A stretch of 38,908 bases of DNA from Lachnospiraceae bacterium (GTDB lineage Bacteria; Bacillota; Clostridia; Lachnospirales; Lachnospiraceae). Numbering within the stretch: position 1 is the first letter of the stretch; each line of letters starts with the position of its first letter. This document shows positions 1-11,352 of this stretch, piece by piece. The notes under the pieces were generated by a model that was given only the letters and a program-made list of their open reading frames with translations, was not told the DNA's origin and ran no database searches. The position numbers and the translations under genes are program-made. The stretch spans positions 1-38,908 of the forward strand of contig DPZM01000024.1 in NCBI GenBank assembly GCA_003535955.1. The letters are read 5' to 3'.

Positions 1-1116
<1,116 letters not shown>

Positions 1117-1118
1117 AT

Positions 1119-1592
1119 ATGTTTGAGAAGGCATCGGACAGGGCTGAGAATTACAGATCAGGAGCTTATTCCCTTCTGATCATCGGTATAGCAGGGCTTG
1201 TTTTCATTATCCTGTGTTTAATGGGGGTAATACCCATTAATCTGCCGGGATCATCGAAGATAGTATCCGGTATAGTTATGACTCTCGTCTTTCTTATCTT
1301 TCTTGCGGTCGGCGTAAAGTCACTTGATGATGCGAAGAAGTATGAGGAACAGGCTGACAGGGAAGAGAGGATGACCAGGGAGATCCATGACTGGTTTAGA
1401 GAGAACTATACAAAGGATACGATAGATCGGGCTGTTTTCTGGGAAGGTGATGATGACCGTGGTATCGAAGCGGACTATTTCAAACGTTATCAGTACATCA
1501 GACAGGTCATTGAGGACAAGTACGAATACCTTGCCCCGGATTATGCCGAGAAGATGATAGAAGATCTGTATAATGAGATCTATGAAGCTTAA
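1119..1592 (+). CDS. hypothetical membrane protein (two N-terminal TM helices, acidic C-terminal region)
   Basis: 157-aa ORF starting 2 nt after the upstream stop. Hydrophobic stretches LLIIGIAGLVFIILCLMGVI and IVSGIVMTLVFLIFLAVGV. No family recognised. Confidence 0.6.
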   Translation: MFEKASDRAENYRSGAYSLLIIGIAGLVFIILCLMGVIPINLPGSSKIVSGIVMTLVFLIFLAVGVKSLDDAKKYEEQADREERMTREIHDWFRENYTKDTIDRAVFWEGDDDRGIEADYFKRYQYIRQVIEDKYEYLAPDYAEKMIEDLYNEIYEA

Positions 1593-1597
1593 AAAAG

Positions 1598-1633
1598 TGA
1601 CACATTAGCTCTGAACTAATGTGTCATTTTATT
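1598..1633 (+). terminator. intrinsic terminator after the 157-aa membrane protein gene
   Basis: 11-bp perfect stem TGACACATTAG (1598-1608) / CTAATGTGTCA (1616-1626), 7-nt loop, then TTTTATT. Confidence 0.75.
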
Positions 1634-1645
1634 GTAGGGGACAGG

Positions 1646-2575
1646 ATGATGAATGAAAAAATAAGCATACTGAAGGAAAATATCGAAAAGCGTATAGTGG
1701 GTAAGGGTGAGCTTACAGACAGGCTTATAATAGCATTGCTGGCAGAAGGCCATGTGCTTATTGAAGATGTACCTGGTATGGGTAAGACAAGCCTGGCAAG
1801 AGCTCTTGCCGATTCTCTTGATCTGTCTTTTTCGAGGATCCAGTGTACGCCCGATACAATGCCGGGTGATATTACAGGTGTGTCAATATACAATTCGGCG
1901 ACAGGTTCATTTGAAGTAATGACCGGACCCATAATGAACAATATTGTACTGGCTGATGAGCTTAACAGGACATCGCCGAAAACACAGGCGGCCCTGCTTG
2001 AAGCCATGGAGGAAGGTAAAGTCACAATAGACGGAAAGGATATGGAACTTCCCGGACCATTTATGGTCATTGGGACCCAGAATCCCCAGGAGCAGGCCGG
2101 GACTTATCCGCTTCCCGAATCCCAGCTTGACAGGTTTATGATGAGACTTTCGGTCGGATACCCTAAGAGGGACGATGCGGTAAAAATGGCAGAACTGTAT
2201 CTTTCCGGTGATCTTCATGAAGAAACAAAAGCTGTTCTTACGGGAGAGGACATTTTGAAAATGCGTGATGAGGTCAGGAAAGTAAAGGTTAATGAGCACC
2301 TTGTAAACTACGCGGTCATGATAGTTGAAGAGACAAGGAATGATCCCGAAGTCTCATGCGGCGCATCTCCCAGGGCTCTTTTGTCACTTTTAAGGTGTGC
2401 TCAGGCTCATGCCATGTATGCCGGCAGGGATTACTGCATACCTGAGGATATACTGAGCGCGGCATCCCTTACCCTGCCGCACAGGATCATACTTACGGCA
2501 CAGGCCCGGATGAACCGTATGTCCCAGGATAAGGTGCTGAAGAACATTATCGGTCATATTAAGGTTCCCGCATGA
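1646..2575 (+). CDS. MoxR-family AAA+ ATPase
   Basis: Walker A VPGMGKTS, Walker B VLADELNR, typical MoxR C-terminus (ASPRALLSL). Listed start 1619 lies inside the upstream terminator stem. ATG 1646 follows GGGGA (1637-1641). Confidence 0.9.
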   Translation: MMNEKISILKENIEKRIVGKGELTDRLIIALLAEGHVLIEDVPGMGKTSLARALADSLDLSFSRIQCTPDTMPGDITGVSIYNSATGSFEVMTGPIMNNIVLADELNRTSPKTQAALLEAMEEGKVTIDGKDMELPGPFMVIGTQNPQEQAGTYPLPESQLDRFMMRLSVGYPKRDDAVKMAELYLSGDLHEETKAVLTGEDILKMRDEVRKVKVNEHLVNYAVMIVEETRNDPEVSCGASPRALLSLLRCAQAHAMYAGRDYCIPEDILSAASLTLPHRIILTAQARMNRMSQDKVLKNIIGHIKVPA

Positions 2576-3654
2576 ATATAATTGATAAGATCCATATAAA
2601 GCCGGCAGGCTTTATCATATATGTCCTGCTGCTTATAGCAGGTATTGTTTTTGCCAGCTTTTACGGCGGCATGCTTCCGTTTGTGATCCTCTACGGCCTG
2701 CTGCTTTTTTTCCCGGTTTCGTTTTTATATCTTATACTTAATTATCATTTTCTGTATGTTTATCAGGCACTTGAAGTCCACAGGCTCATAAAGGGAGACC
2801 GCCATAAGTTAAATGTTTCTTTTGAGAACACGGGCTTTCTTCCCATACATGACATGGAAGCGGTTTTGTATCTTGACAGATGTGATTTTTCCGGGAAAGA
2901 CATCAATGACAGGATAAGACTTGAAGCAAGAGAAAAAAAGAAGATAAGCGCTAATGTCACATGTCTCTATGCCGGAACATACGAAATAGGAATAAAAGGG
3001 CTTAAGTTTTCGGATGCATTCGGGATATTATCCGTTACCTTTGTTGTTCCCTATTCATTCAGGGCAATAGTAAGTCCCAGGATAACCGATCTTGCAAATT
3101 CATATCTTGATATAGAGAATGTTTTAAACAGTACCGGTCTTAAGAGTGAGACAAGAAGGGAAGAGATACCGGGCAATGATATAAGGCCTTACAATCCGGG
3201 TGATCCTATAACAAGCATAAACTGGAAGGTGTCGGCCCGCCTTGACAAGCTCGCTGTACGCGTGCCGGACAGGATGGACACAAGGGTCATCTCGCTGTAT
3301 CTTGAAGCCTCAAATGTGCCGGAAAAGTTTAAGGATACGGAGTATATCAAGAGAAGGGACCACTTCCTTGAATTTGCAGTATCCGCCGCTTACTATTTTG
3401 CAAGCAGGGGAATACCTGTGATGATCATATATCCGGCAGGTAAGATAACAGAAAAGAACATAGACTCTTATGAGGGATTTCTCGAGTTTTATAATGACGC
3501 ATCCTCCGGAATATCCTACAGGTCGGATGATGAATATGACAGGATGCGCAGGCTCATACGGGAGAGGAGGATGGTGGATGCTTTACATGAAACAAGGGTT
3601 TTCATTTCTGAAGAAGCATCAGGCAGCGAAGATTTCTGTATTGTTACAGGCTGA
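2572..3654 (+). CDS. DUF58 domain-containing protein (MoxR-associated, vWA-like)
   Basis: ATGA start/stop overlap with the MoxR gene. Two N-terminal TM helices. DUF58 signature IRPYNPGDPITSINWKVSAR. Confidence 0.85.
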   Translation: MNIIDKIHIKPAGFIIYVLLLIAGIVFASFYGGMLPFVILYGLLLFFPVSFLYLILNYHFLYVYQALEVHRLIKGDRHKLNVSFENTGFLPIHDMEAVLYLDRCDFSGKDINDRIRLEAREKKKISANVTCLYAGTYEIGIKGLKFSDAFGILSVTFVVPYSFRAIVSPRITDLANSYLDIENVLNSTGLKSETRREEIPGNDIRPYNPGDPITSINWKVSARLDKLAVRVPDRMDTRVISLYLEASNVPEKFKDTEYIKRRDHFLEFAVSAAYYFASRGIPVMIIYPAGKITEKNIDSYEGFLEFYNDASSGISYRSDDEYDRMRRLIRERRMVDALHETRVFISEEASGSEDFCIVTG

Positions 3655-5947
3655 GATCAAGCATATCCTTACACTCTTTGTTCTTACTGCTGCAGTTACA
3701 GAGTCGTACGGTTTGGTTCAACGGGATATATCGCAGACTTTTTCCGTGGCATGTCTTGTTTCGGCTGTACTTTTCGCGGCTCTCTATTCGATCCTGTTTT
3801 CCGCCTTTTTACTCTTTGCGGATAAAAGACCGGCTTCTTATGCCATGGCCATACCGGCCCTGCTTCTTACATTGCTGCTTTTAAACCGTATTCCTTATGC
3901 GGGAGAGGGGTATGAGTATTATATTTCTTACGGGATGATCGCGGGTGTCGTTTATGCCGTCTGGCTTCTGCTTCATCTGTCTGAGACGATCCCATATGCT
4001 GAATACCTGATATGGCTCACAGGGGATGTGATCATGGTATATCTGTATTTTACCGGCAGCGGTATCCTTACCCTTACATGGGCCGGTAAGGTCATATATA
4101 CGGTCCTGCTTGTTTTGAGTATATCAGTTCTTAACAGAAAATATCCATTTGCATTTTTTGCTTTTTTTATGATCTTTATCCTGCTGACTCCGGTGCGCAA
4201 AGACCCGATAAACTGGGACCCGGTTGTTGACACCGGCCGGAAGGTCATTTTAAAGACAAGGGAAATGGCCAGTTCATTTTCCTATTATCTTTCGGAGATC
4301 GGCAGAGGATCCGCTTATTATACCGGTTATTCTTCATACGCGGTAACAGGCGATGCGATAGCCCTGTCCGGCAGAACGGAATTGGAATTAAGGACGATAG
4401 ATAACCCGACAGTAACCTATACGGATGAAGAAAGCGGAAAAAAGATAAAAAGAAGAAGGACTGTATATCTTACCGGAGGAAGAGAACCCGACCCGGGAGC
4501 CTTTCTTGATATAATGTTCTCTTTTTATATCCATGGGGTTGACGGTAAAAAAGCGTATCTTTTTTCGCATATATCAGATATGGATATTTCTTATGTTTAT
4601 CTTAAAACACATGATGAGATCATGCCGGAGTATACACTTAAGGCAACGGATAATGAAGGGGTTATTAAGAACGGAAGAGCTGAAAACAGGCTCAAAAAAG
4701 GATACCGTCTGAAGAGCCGGTTTATGGAGCTTGATCTTGGAAGCCCCTATCTTGCGGGTATAATCGCAAACCCCGTTGATCATATAAAGAAAAAGGATTT
4801 AAGTTATAAAAAAATGTCGTCATATGCTTTTGACCTCTATGGCATAAGGCTTCAGGAAATTGTTTCGGAGGATGATTATGCCATATGGCAGGAAGATTCA
4901 GGTGTGGATCCCGGATATCTTGATACGGAAGGTGTAAGCGGCAGGATGTATGAACTCGCGGAGACGATCACGGGAAGTTATTTGAGCGAATATGAAAAAT
5001 GCAGGGCGGTTGAGAGCTATTTAAGACAGTATAAATATAATACACTCGTTTCCGGAACGGAAGGCGGAAATACGAAAGATGCGAACGGTTTAAGTAAGAT
5101 TGCGGATGATTTTCTGTTTGATAAAGGTGAAGGATACTGCGTACATTTTTCATCCGCCATGGTAACACTGCTTCGTGCTGCCGGGATCCCTTCAAGGCTT
5201 GTATCAGGTTACAGGTACGTATTTCCCTTTGAAAAACAGGAGACATATGAGGTTTCGGGAAGACTTGCCCATGTATGGCCGGAAGCGTATATAAGCGGTT
5301 TCGGCTGGGTGACATTTGAGCCCACCCCGGCGATGTCTACAGCACAGGAAAGGACCTGGCACAGGCATCCCGCATTATCGGAAGGCGGTGAAAAAGAAGA
5401 AGGTTTTTATCCGGCGGCTCCTGTTTTTTCGTATGATGAAGCCGGAAGGGGGCCGGCGCCTCAGGTAAGTGAAGAACTTATAGCAAAAAGAGAAGAAGCG
5501 GACAGACATTTAAAGATCAGGGAAGCTTTAAGGCTTCTGCTCATAGTGCTGTCAGCGGCTGTTATTACGGCTGCCCTTATAATTATTACGGGAATCTTAG
5601 TAAAAAAGATACGATATTTTCGTTCTTCTCCGGTAAAGAGACTTATCATGGATGTTAAAGATATAAAGGCAATGGTGGGCGATAATGCAGCTGAAGGATT
5701 TTATGACAGAGGGGTATTATCGGATTACAGCCCTTATATACCTGACAGATACAGGGAGGAAGTACAGGAAATATTCGCAGTATATTACAGGATATTGTAC
5801 AGGTGCGAAAGTGATGCCCTGAATTCCGAAGGTGTTAATGAAACCGAGGAGACTCTGGCCCGCGAATTAAGGAAGAGAATGAGAAATGAGCTTAAGGGAA
5901 GGTGGGGCCCACGGATTGACATGAGGCTTCCTTCTTGGCATAATTAA
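3578..5947 (+). CDS. membrane transglutaminase-like protein (multi-TM N-terminus, TGase core, C-terminal TM plus cytoplasmic tail)
   Basis: TGase Cys-His-acid core: GEGYCVHFSSAMVTLLRAAGIPSRLVSGY, AHVWPEAY, GWVTFEPTP. ATG 3578 preferred over listed 3470 because GGAGG (3566-3570) sits 7 nt upstream and 3470 overlaps the DUF58 gene deeply. Confidence 0.85.
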   Translation: MLYMKQGFSFLKKHQAAKISVLLQAEIKHILTLFVLTAAVTESYGLVQRDISQTFSVACLVSAVLFAALYSILFSAFLLFADKRPASYAMAIPALLLTLLLLNRIPYAGEGYEYYISYGMIAGVVYAVWLLLHLSETIPYAEYLIWLTGDVIMVYLYFTGSGILTLTWAGKVIYTVLLVLSISVLNRKYPFAFFAFFMIFILLTPVRKDPINWDPVVDTGRKVILKTREMASSFSYYLSEIGRGSAYYTGYSSYAVTGDAIALSGRTELELRTIDNPTVTYTDEESGKKIKRRRTVYLTGGREPDPGAFLDIMFSFYIHGVDGKKAYLFSHISDMDISYVYLKTHDEIMPEYTLKATDNEGVIKNGRAENRLKKGYRLKSRFMELDLGSPYLAGIIANPVDHIKKKDLSYKKMSSYAFDLYGIRLQEIVSEDDYAIWQEDSGVDPGYLDTEGVSGRMYELAETITGSYLSEYEKCRAVESYLRQYKYNTLVSGTEGGNTKDANGLSKIADDFLFDKGEGYCVHFSSAMVTLLRAAGIPSRLVSGYRYVFPFEKQETYEVSGRLAHVWPEAYISGFGWVTFEPTPAMSTAQERTWHRHPALSEGGEKEEGFYPAAPVFSYDEAGRGPAPQVSEELIAKREEADRHLKIREALRLLLIVLSAAVITAALIIITGILVKKIRYFRSSPVKRLIMDVKDIKAMVGDNAAEGFYDRGVLSDYSPYIPDRYREEVQEIFAVYYRILYRCESDALNSEGVNETEETLARELRKRMRNELKGRWGPRIDMRLPSWHN

Positions 5948-5952
5948 AACTT

Positions 5953-6432
5953 ATGAATATAGATATATTATGTGTGGGTAAGATAAAAGAGAAATATCTT
6001 CGTGATGCGGTAGACGAATATACCAAACGTCTGAGTAAATACTGCAGGATAAACATAATTGAAGTACAGGATGAAAAGACCGTCGAAGGCCAGGGAGCTG
6101 CCCTTGACGGGAGGGTAAAAAAGCTTGAGGGGGAAAGGCTCATTAAATATCTTAGGGATGATGCCTTTAAGGTGACCCTTGAAATAGAAGGCAGGCAGCT
6201 TGACTCCCCGGAACTTGCTGACAGGATAAACAAGCTGGGCATAGATGGTATCAGCAGGATCCAGTTCATAATAGGAGGGTCGCTCGGACTTGACGAGGGC
6301 GTTACCGGGAAGTCGGATATGGCGCTTTCTTTTTCGAAGATGACTTTCCCTCACCAGCTCATGCGTGTTATACTTTTGGAGCAGATATACAGAAGCTTAA
6401 GGATAATCAACAACGAACCATATCATAAATAG
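5953..6432 (+). CDS. rlmH: 23S rRNA (pseudouridine1915-N3)-methyltransferase RlmH (SPOUT)
   Basis: 159 aa, MNIDILCVGKIKEKYL start, C-terminal IIGGSLG and SFSKMTFPHQLMRVILLEQIYRS typical of RlmH. Confidence 0.9.
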   Translation: MNIDILCVGKIKEKYLRDAVDEYTKRLSKYCRINIIEVQDEKTVEGQGAALDGRVKKLEGERLIKYLRDDAFKVTLEIEGRQLDSPELADRINKLGIDGISRIQFIIGGSLGLDEGVTGKSDMALSFSKMTFPHQLMRVILLEQIYRSLRIINNEPYHK

Positions 6433-6456
6433 CTGATATAAATTTACAGGAGAATC

Positions 6457-7482
6457 ATGCCGGAAGGATTATTTGAACAGTCAATTGTAATAGAATCATC
6501 ATATGCAGGAAACGTATTCGGGGAGCTTGACTGTTTCGCCAAGAAGATCGAGAGGTCATTTCATATAACGATCGTGGAGAGGAACGGTTCCGTCAAGCTT
6601 ATGGGGGGCAAGGAGGATGTTGAATGTGCCTCCGATGTTCTGTGTGAGCTCGTTGCCATTGCAAAAAAGGGGAGCGAGATAAACGAACAGACGGTTAATT
6701 ACTGCATATCAATGGCCATGGAGAATAAGAAGGGAGTGGCCTCCTCACTTGATGATAAGGTGATATGTCATACGATAAACGGCAAGCCCATCAAGCCTAA
6801 GACCCTGGGCCAGAAGGAATACACGGATTCCATAAGGGATAAGATGATAGTGTTCGGACTCGGGCCTGCAGGCACCGGTAAGACCTATCTTGCGATGGCA
6901 ATGGCGATCACTGCCTTTAAAAATGAAGAGGTATCCAGGATAATCCTTACAAGGCCTGCTATAGAAGCGGGAGAGAAGCTGGGATTTCTTCCGGGTGATC
7001 TTCAGAGTAAGGTGGATCCATATTTAAGACCCCTGTATGATGCCCTGTATCAGATAATGGGTGCGGAGAGTTTTCTTAAAAACATGGAGAAGGGACTTAT
7101 CGAGGTGGCACCTCTTGCATATATGAGAGGACGTACCCTTGACAACGCCTACATAATCCTTGATGAGGCGCAGAATACAACACCTGCCCAGATGAAGATG
7201 TTCTTAACAAGGATCGGTTACGGTTCCAAGGTGGTGATAACAGGTGACCTGACCCAGAAAGACCTGCCAAGGGACACGGTTTCGGGACTGGATGTGGCAA
7301 TAAAGGTTTTAAAGGATGTGGATGAAATTGCCTTCTGTCATCTTTCAAGCAAGGATGTGGTAAGGCATCCGCTTGTCCAGAGGATCGTAAATGCCTACGA
7401 AAAATATGAGAAAAGAGAAGAGGCACGCAGGGAGAAGAGGGCAGTTTCATATAAGATGAAAAGAACACACAGGCAGGGGTAA
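6457..7482 (+). CDS. phoH: PhoH family ATPase
   Basis: Walker A GPAGTGKTYLAMA, Walker B ILDEAQN, ITGDLTQKDLP. SD ACAGGAGAA precedes the ATG. Classic phoH-ybeY pairing. Confidence 0.9.
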   Translation: MPEGLFEQSIVIESSYAGNVFGELDCFAKKIERSFHITIVERNGSVKLMGGKEDVECASDVLCELVAIAKKGSEINEQTVNYCISMAMENKKGVASSLDDKVICHTINGKPIKPKTLGQKEYTDSIRDKMIVFGLGPAGTGKTYLAMAMAITAFKNEEVSRIILTRPAIEAGEKLGFLPGDLQSKVDPYLRPLYDALYQIMGAESFLKNMEKGLIEVAPLAYMRGRTLDNAYIILDEAQNTTPAQMKMFLTRIGYGSKVVITGDLTQKDLPRDTVSGLDVAIKVLKDVDEIAFCHLSSKDVVRHPLVQRIVNAYEKYEKREEARREKRAVSYKMKRTHRQG

Positions 7483-7485
7483 AGA

Positions 7486-7980
7486 GTGACTTACGGAATA
7501 GATTACGAAATCGAATTTAAACCTGATTTTGAACCCGAGGAATGGTATCACAAGACGGTTGACGCAGTTCTTGAGGCAGAAGGATGTCCCTATGAAGCCG
7601 AGGTGAATCTGCTAATAACGGATGATGAGGCAATAAGGGAAATAAACAGGGAACAAAGAGATATAGATTCTCCTACGGATGTTTTGTCTTTCCCGATGGT
7701 ACAGTATGATGTCCCGGGTGATTTCTCGAAACTTGAGGAAGCTGACGACTGTTTTAATATGGAATCCGGAGAACTACTGTTAGGTGATATAGTTATATCT
7801 GCGGACAGGATAAAGGAACAGGCCCTTGAATACGGCCACAGTGAACTTCGAGAATTCACTTTTCTTATAGCCCACAGTATGTTACACTTAATCGGATATG
7901 ATCATATTAGGGACGAAGACCGGGAGCTGATGGAAGAACGCCAGCGCAGGGTCATGGATATTCTTGGAATATTCAGATAA
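7486..7980 (+). CDS. ybeY: rRNA maturation RNase YbeY
   Basis: Zinc motif HSMLHLIGYDH. GTG start 3 nt after the phoH stop. Confidence 0.9.
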   Translation: MTYGIDYEIEFKPDFEPEEWYHKTVDAVLEAEGCPYEAEVNLLITDDEAIREINREQRDIDSPTDVLSFPMVQYDVPGDFSKLEEADDCFNMESGELLLGDIVISADRIKEQALEYGHSELREFTFLIAHSMLHLIGYDHIRDEDRELMEERQRRVMDILGIFR

Positions 7981-8041
7981 CCCGCTTCAAGGATCATAAG
8001 ATTCAGGACGGCCTGAATAGCGAAGTTACCAGAGGATATAA

Positions 8042-9691
8042 ATGAGCGATCGTGAAAGCAAAAGATCCAATTTCATCGTGCAGGGCGGGATACTGGCCAT
8101 AACCGGCATCATCTCCCGCATCATAGGCCTTGTATATCGCATCCCTCTTCAGAAGAGGATCGGCGACAGCGGTATGGGTTATTATTCAGCTGCATTTCAG
8201 ATATATTCAATAATGCTCATAATCTCATCATATTCCCTGCCAACAGCGGTGTCCAAGCTGGTTGCGGCCCGCGTTTCCAAGGGGCAGTATAAAAATGCCA
8301 GAAAGATATTCCGCGGCGCAATGTTTTTCGCCTGCATAACAGGCGGCGCCACCTGTCTTATAGTTCTGTTCGGAGCCGACTCCATGGCTTCCAACATCAT
8401 GAACCTTCCAAAGAGTGCAATAGCTTTAAGGGTTTTGGCTCCAACACTTTTGATAGTAGCCGTTATGGGTGTTATCAGGGGTTATTTCCAGGGGCTTGGC
8501 ACGATGATGCCCACTGCCTTTTCCCAGCTTTTTGAACAGGTTGTAAATGCGGTAATATCAGTTGTTGCTGCCATATATCTTTTTGAGTACGGAACAAAAG
8601 TATCGGGGCTTTTGCACGACCAGACATTTTCCGCAGCATACGGGGCTGCGGGGGGAACTCTTGGTACGTGTACCGGTTCCTTTGCAGGCCTTCTTATGCT
8701 GGCTGTGATGTTTGCCGTTCACAACAGGGAAATGAAGGTCAATATCTCGAATGACAAGACAGCCAAGAATGATGGCTTCCCCAAGATATTCAGGATCCTC
8801 ATAATCACGATCCTGCCCGTGATCTTAAGTTCCACCATTTACAATATTTCGGATATACTCGATCAGGGTATATTCGGCTCGGTAATGGCAAAAAAGGGCA
8901 TGAATGAGCATGACATCGCTTCATACTGGGGGATTTTCTCCACCAAATACAAGGTAATAATCAATGTACCGGTAGCCCTTTCGAACGCACTTTGTTCATC
9001 GATAATGCCGGCACTTACGGCCTGTGTCGAACAGGGTAAAATGAAGCTTGCAAGGCACAAGGTACGGCTGGGAATGAGGTTTGTCATGATAATAGCTTTC
9101 CCATGCGCAATGGGACTGAGCATTCTGGGGCGTCCGATCCTGTCCATGCTCTTTACCGGCGAGATCGAGATACCTGCAAGGCTCCTTCGAATGGGTTCGG
9201 TTACGGTTGTGCTTTACTCCATGTCAACACTTTCAACCGGTGTGCTTCAGGGTATAAACAAGCTGAATATTCCGGTAAGAAATGCAGCGATCGCACTGGC
9301 TGTCCATGTCGGTGTGCTCTATATGTGCTTCATCGTGTTTGACCTTAAGCTTTACGGTGTTGTTATAGCACTTGTTGTATTTGCCCTGACTGTATGTGTT
9401 CTTAACTGGATAAGCATAGGCAGATATATGTCATATAAACAGGAAATACGCAAGACATTTGTTATTCCCTTTATAGCTTCCGCAATAATGGGACTTGTCA
9501 TACTTCTTATGTATCTGCTCATAAGGAAAGGAACTTCTGACAATATAGCAACGGTGCTTTCAATACTTATTGGTATATGCGTGTATTTTGTTTCGCTTCT
9601 TAAGCTTAAGGGGGTAAACGAGTATGAGATAAGAAGCTTCCCGGGAGGGGATTTCCTGGCAAGAATCGCGCTGTTCTTAAGGCTGATATAA
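8042..9691 (+). CDS. MOP-superfamily polysaccharide/lipid II flippase (SpoVB/MurJ-like)
   Basis: 549 aa, about 14 hydrophobic segments. N-terminal GGILAITGIISRIIGLVYRIPL typical of the MurJ/SpoVB family. SD AGAGGA precedes the ATG. Confidence 0.8.
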   Translation: MSDRESKRSNFIVQGGILAITGIISRIIGLVYRIPLQKRIGDSGMGYYSAAFQIYSIMLIISSYSLPTAVSKLVAARVSKGQYKNARKIFRGAMFFACITGGATCLIVLFGADSMASNIMNLPKSAIALRVLAPTLLIVAVMGVIRGYFQGLGTMMPTAFSQLFEQVVNAVISVVAAIYLFEYGTKVSGLLHDQTFSAAYGAAGGTLGTCTGSFAGLLMLAVMFAVHNREMKVNISNDKTAKNDGFPKIFRILIITILPVILSSTIYNISDILDQGIFGSVMAKKGMNEHDIASYWGIFSTKYKVIINVPVALSNALCSSIMPALTACVEQGKMKLARHKVRLGMRFVMIIAFPCAMGLSILGRPILSMLFTGEIEIPARLLRMGSVTVVLYSMSTLSTGVLQGINKLNIPVRNAAIALAVHVGVLYMCFIVFDLKLYGVVIALVVFALTVCVLNWISIGRYMSYKQEIRKTFVIPFIASAIMGLVILLMYLLIRKGTSDNIATVLSILIGICVYFVSLLKLKGVNEYEIRSFPGGDFLARIALFLRLI

Positions 9692-9694
9692 AAT

Positions 9695-11326
9695 ATGATA
9701 AAAGTAGATAATTTAAAGCTACCGATAGGTCATACGGATGATGACCTGTCGGAAAAGCTTGAGAAAACACTGAAACTGAATAAGTACGGTAAGGACTTAA
9801 GTCACCCCGGTTGTTCCTTCAGGATTCTTAAAAGGTCATTGGACGCAAGGAAGAAGCCGGAGCTTTTTTATGTATATTCACTGCTTGTGACTCTTGAAGA
9901 CGGACTCGAAGAGAAGGTTCTGCGAAATGTAAGGGACAGGAATGTATCAGCGTATCAACCTGTTGTTTACAGGCCGCCGGAAGTTCTTGGAGACAAAGAA
10001 CTTACAGGACGTCCTCTGATAATCGGTGCGGGACCTGCAGGACTTTTCTGCGCATATGAACTGAGTAAGAGGGGATATGCGCCCATGGTCATAGAGAGGG
10101 GCGAGAGAGTTGAAAAAAGAATTGAGACCGTAAAGGAATTTTTCAGGGGCGGGCGGCTTAATACTGAGTCGAATGTCCAGTTTGGTGAGGGAGGAGCGGG
10201 AACCTTCTCGGACGGTAAACTGAATACGGGAGTCAATGACAAGATGGGGCGCAACCAATATGTCCTTAATACCCTTGTAAGCTTTGGAGCACCCGAAGAG
10301 ATCGCATATACGTCAAGGCCGCACATCGGAACCGATATTCTGGCCATCGTTGTCAGAAATATGCGGGAGGAGATAATAAAAAACGGCGGTGAATTCCTGT
10401 TTGAAACGAAAATGACCGGATTTGACACCGACGAACATGGCATAACGGGTGTCAAGGTCGTGAATGACGGAAATGAAAGTGCCATAACGAGCAACTGCAT
10501 GATACTCGCAATAGGGCACTCGTCAAGGGATACCTTTACAATGCTTAAAGATAAAAATGTGGATATGACTTTAAAAGCCTTCGCAGTAGGGTTGAGGATC
10601 CAGCATCCCCAGGAAATGATAGATATGAACCAATACGGGGTAAAGGGTAAGGAAGGTCCCGGACCGGCTGATTATAAGCTCACCAACAGGACTTCGAAGG
10701 GTCGGAATGTATATTCATTCTGCATGTGTCCGGGAGGATATGTCGTAAATGCGTCAAGTGAGGACGGAAGGCTGTGCGTAAACGGAATGAGTTATTCGGG
10801 AAGGTCCTCCTTGAACGCCAATTCCGCCATAATCGTAAGTGTGACCGGGGATGACTTCGGTTCGGATGATGTACTTGCGGGGATGGAATTCCAGAGAAGG
10901 CTTGAGGAAAAAGCTTACGAGCTTGGAGGTGGGACAATACCGGTGCAGGAATACGGGGATTTTAAGAGCAATACCCTTTCGGGGGGAGGGGGCGGCATGA
11001 CACCCCAGATAAAGGGTGATTATAAGCTGGCCAACCTAAGAGAACTGCTGCCTGATGAGATCAATGAGGCTATCATTGAATCAATTGATAAATTCGGTTA
11101 TACTATTGAAGGTTTTGACAGGAATGACGCAATACTCGCCGGAGTTGAGTCAAGGACTTCATCACCGGTCAGGATTTTAAGGAATGACAACTATGAAGGG
11201 AGTATTAAAGGTCTGTATCCCTGCGGCGAAGGAGCGGGATATGCCGGCGGTATAACCAGTGCTGCGATGGATGGCATAAAGGCGGCGGAAGCCATAATGA
11301 AAAAATACAGGCCTTTAACCGTATAA
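9695..11326 (+). CDS. NAD(FAD)-utilising dehydrogenase family protein (COG2509-like FAD-dependent protein)
   Basis: FAD-binding GAGPAGLFCAYEL, FCMCPGG and C-terminal PCGEGAGYAGGI motifs. Confidence 0.8.
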   Translation: MIKVDNLKLPIGHTDDDLSEKLEKTLKLNKYGKDLSHPGCSFRILKRSLDARKKPELFYVYSLLVTLEDGLEEKVLRNVRDRNVSAYQPVVYRPPEVLGDKELTGRPLIIGAGPAGLFCAYELSKRGYAPMVIERGERVEKRIETVKEFFRGGRLNTESNVQFGEGGAGTFSDGKLNTGVNDKMGRNQYVLNTLVSFGAPEEIAYTSRPHIGTDILAIVVRNMREEIIKNGGEFLFETKMTGFDTDEHGITGVKVVNDGNESAITSNCMILAIGHSSRDTFTMLKDKNVDMTLKAFAVGLRIQHPQEMIDMNQYGVKGKEGPGPADYKLTNRTSKGRNVYSFCMCPGGYVVNASSEDGRLCVNGMSYSGRSSLNANSAIIVSVTGDDFGSDDVLAGMEFQRRLEEKAYELGGGTIPVQEYGDFKSNTLSGGGGGMTPQIKGDYKLANLRELLPDEINEAIIESIDKFGYTIEGFDRNDAILAGVESRTSSPVRILRNDNYEGSIKGLYPCGEGAGYAGGITSAAMDGIKAAEAIMKKYRPLTV

Positions 11327-11352
11327 GATATTTGATCATAAGAGGAAATGAA

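Noticed and set aside
1619-1645. Listed start of the MoxR ORF at 1619
   Set aside because: It lies inside the descending arm of the upstream terminator hairpin. ATG 1646/1649 follows an SD-like GGGGA.
3470-3577. Upstream extension of the transglutaminase ORF (listed start 3470)
   Set aside because: It would overlap the DUF58 gene by 185 nt and adds non-hydrophobic, unconserved-looking sequence. ATG 3578 has a GGAGG at ideal spacing.
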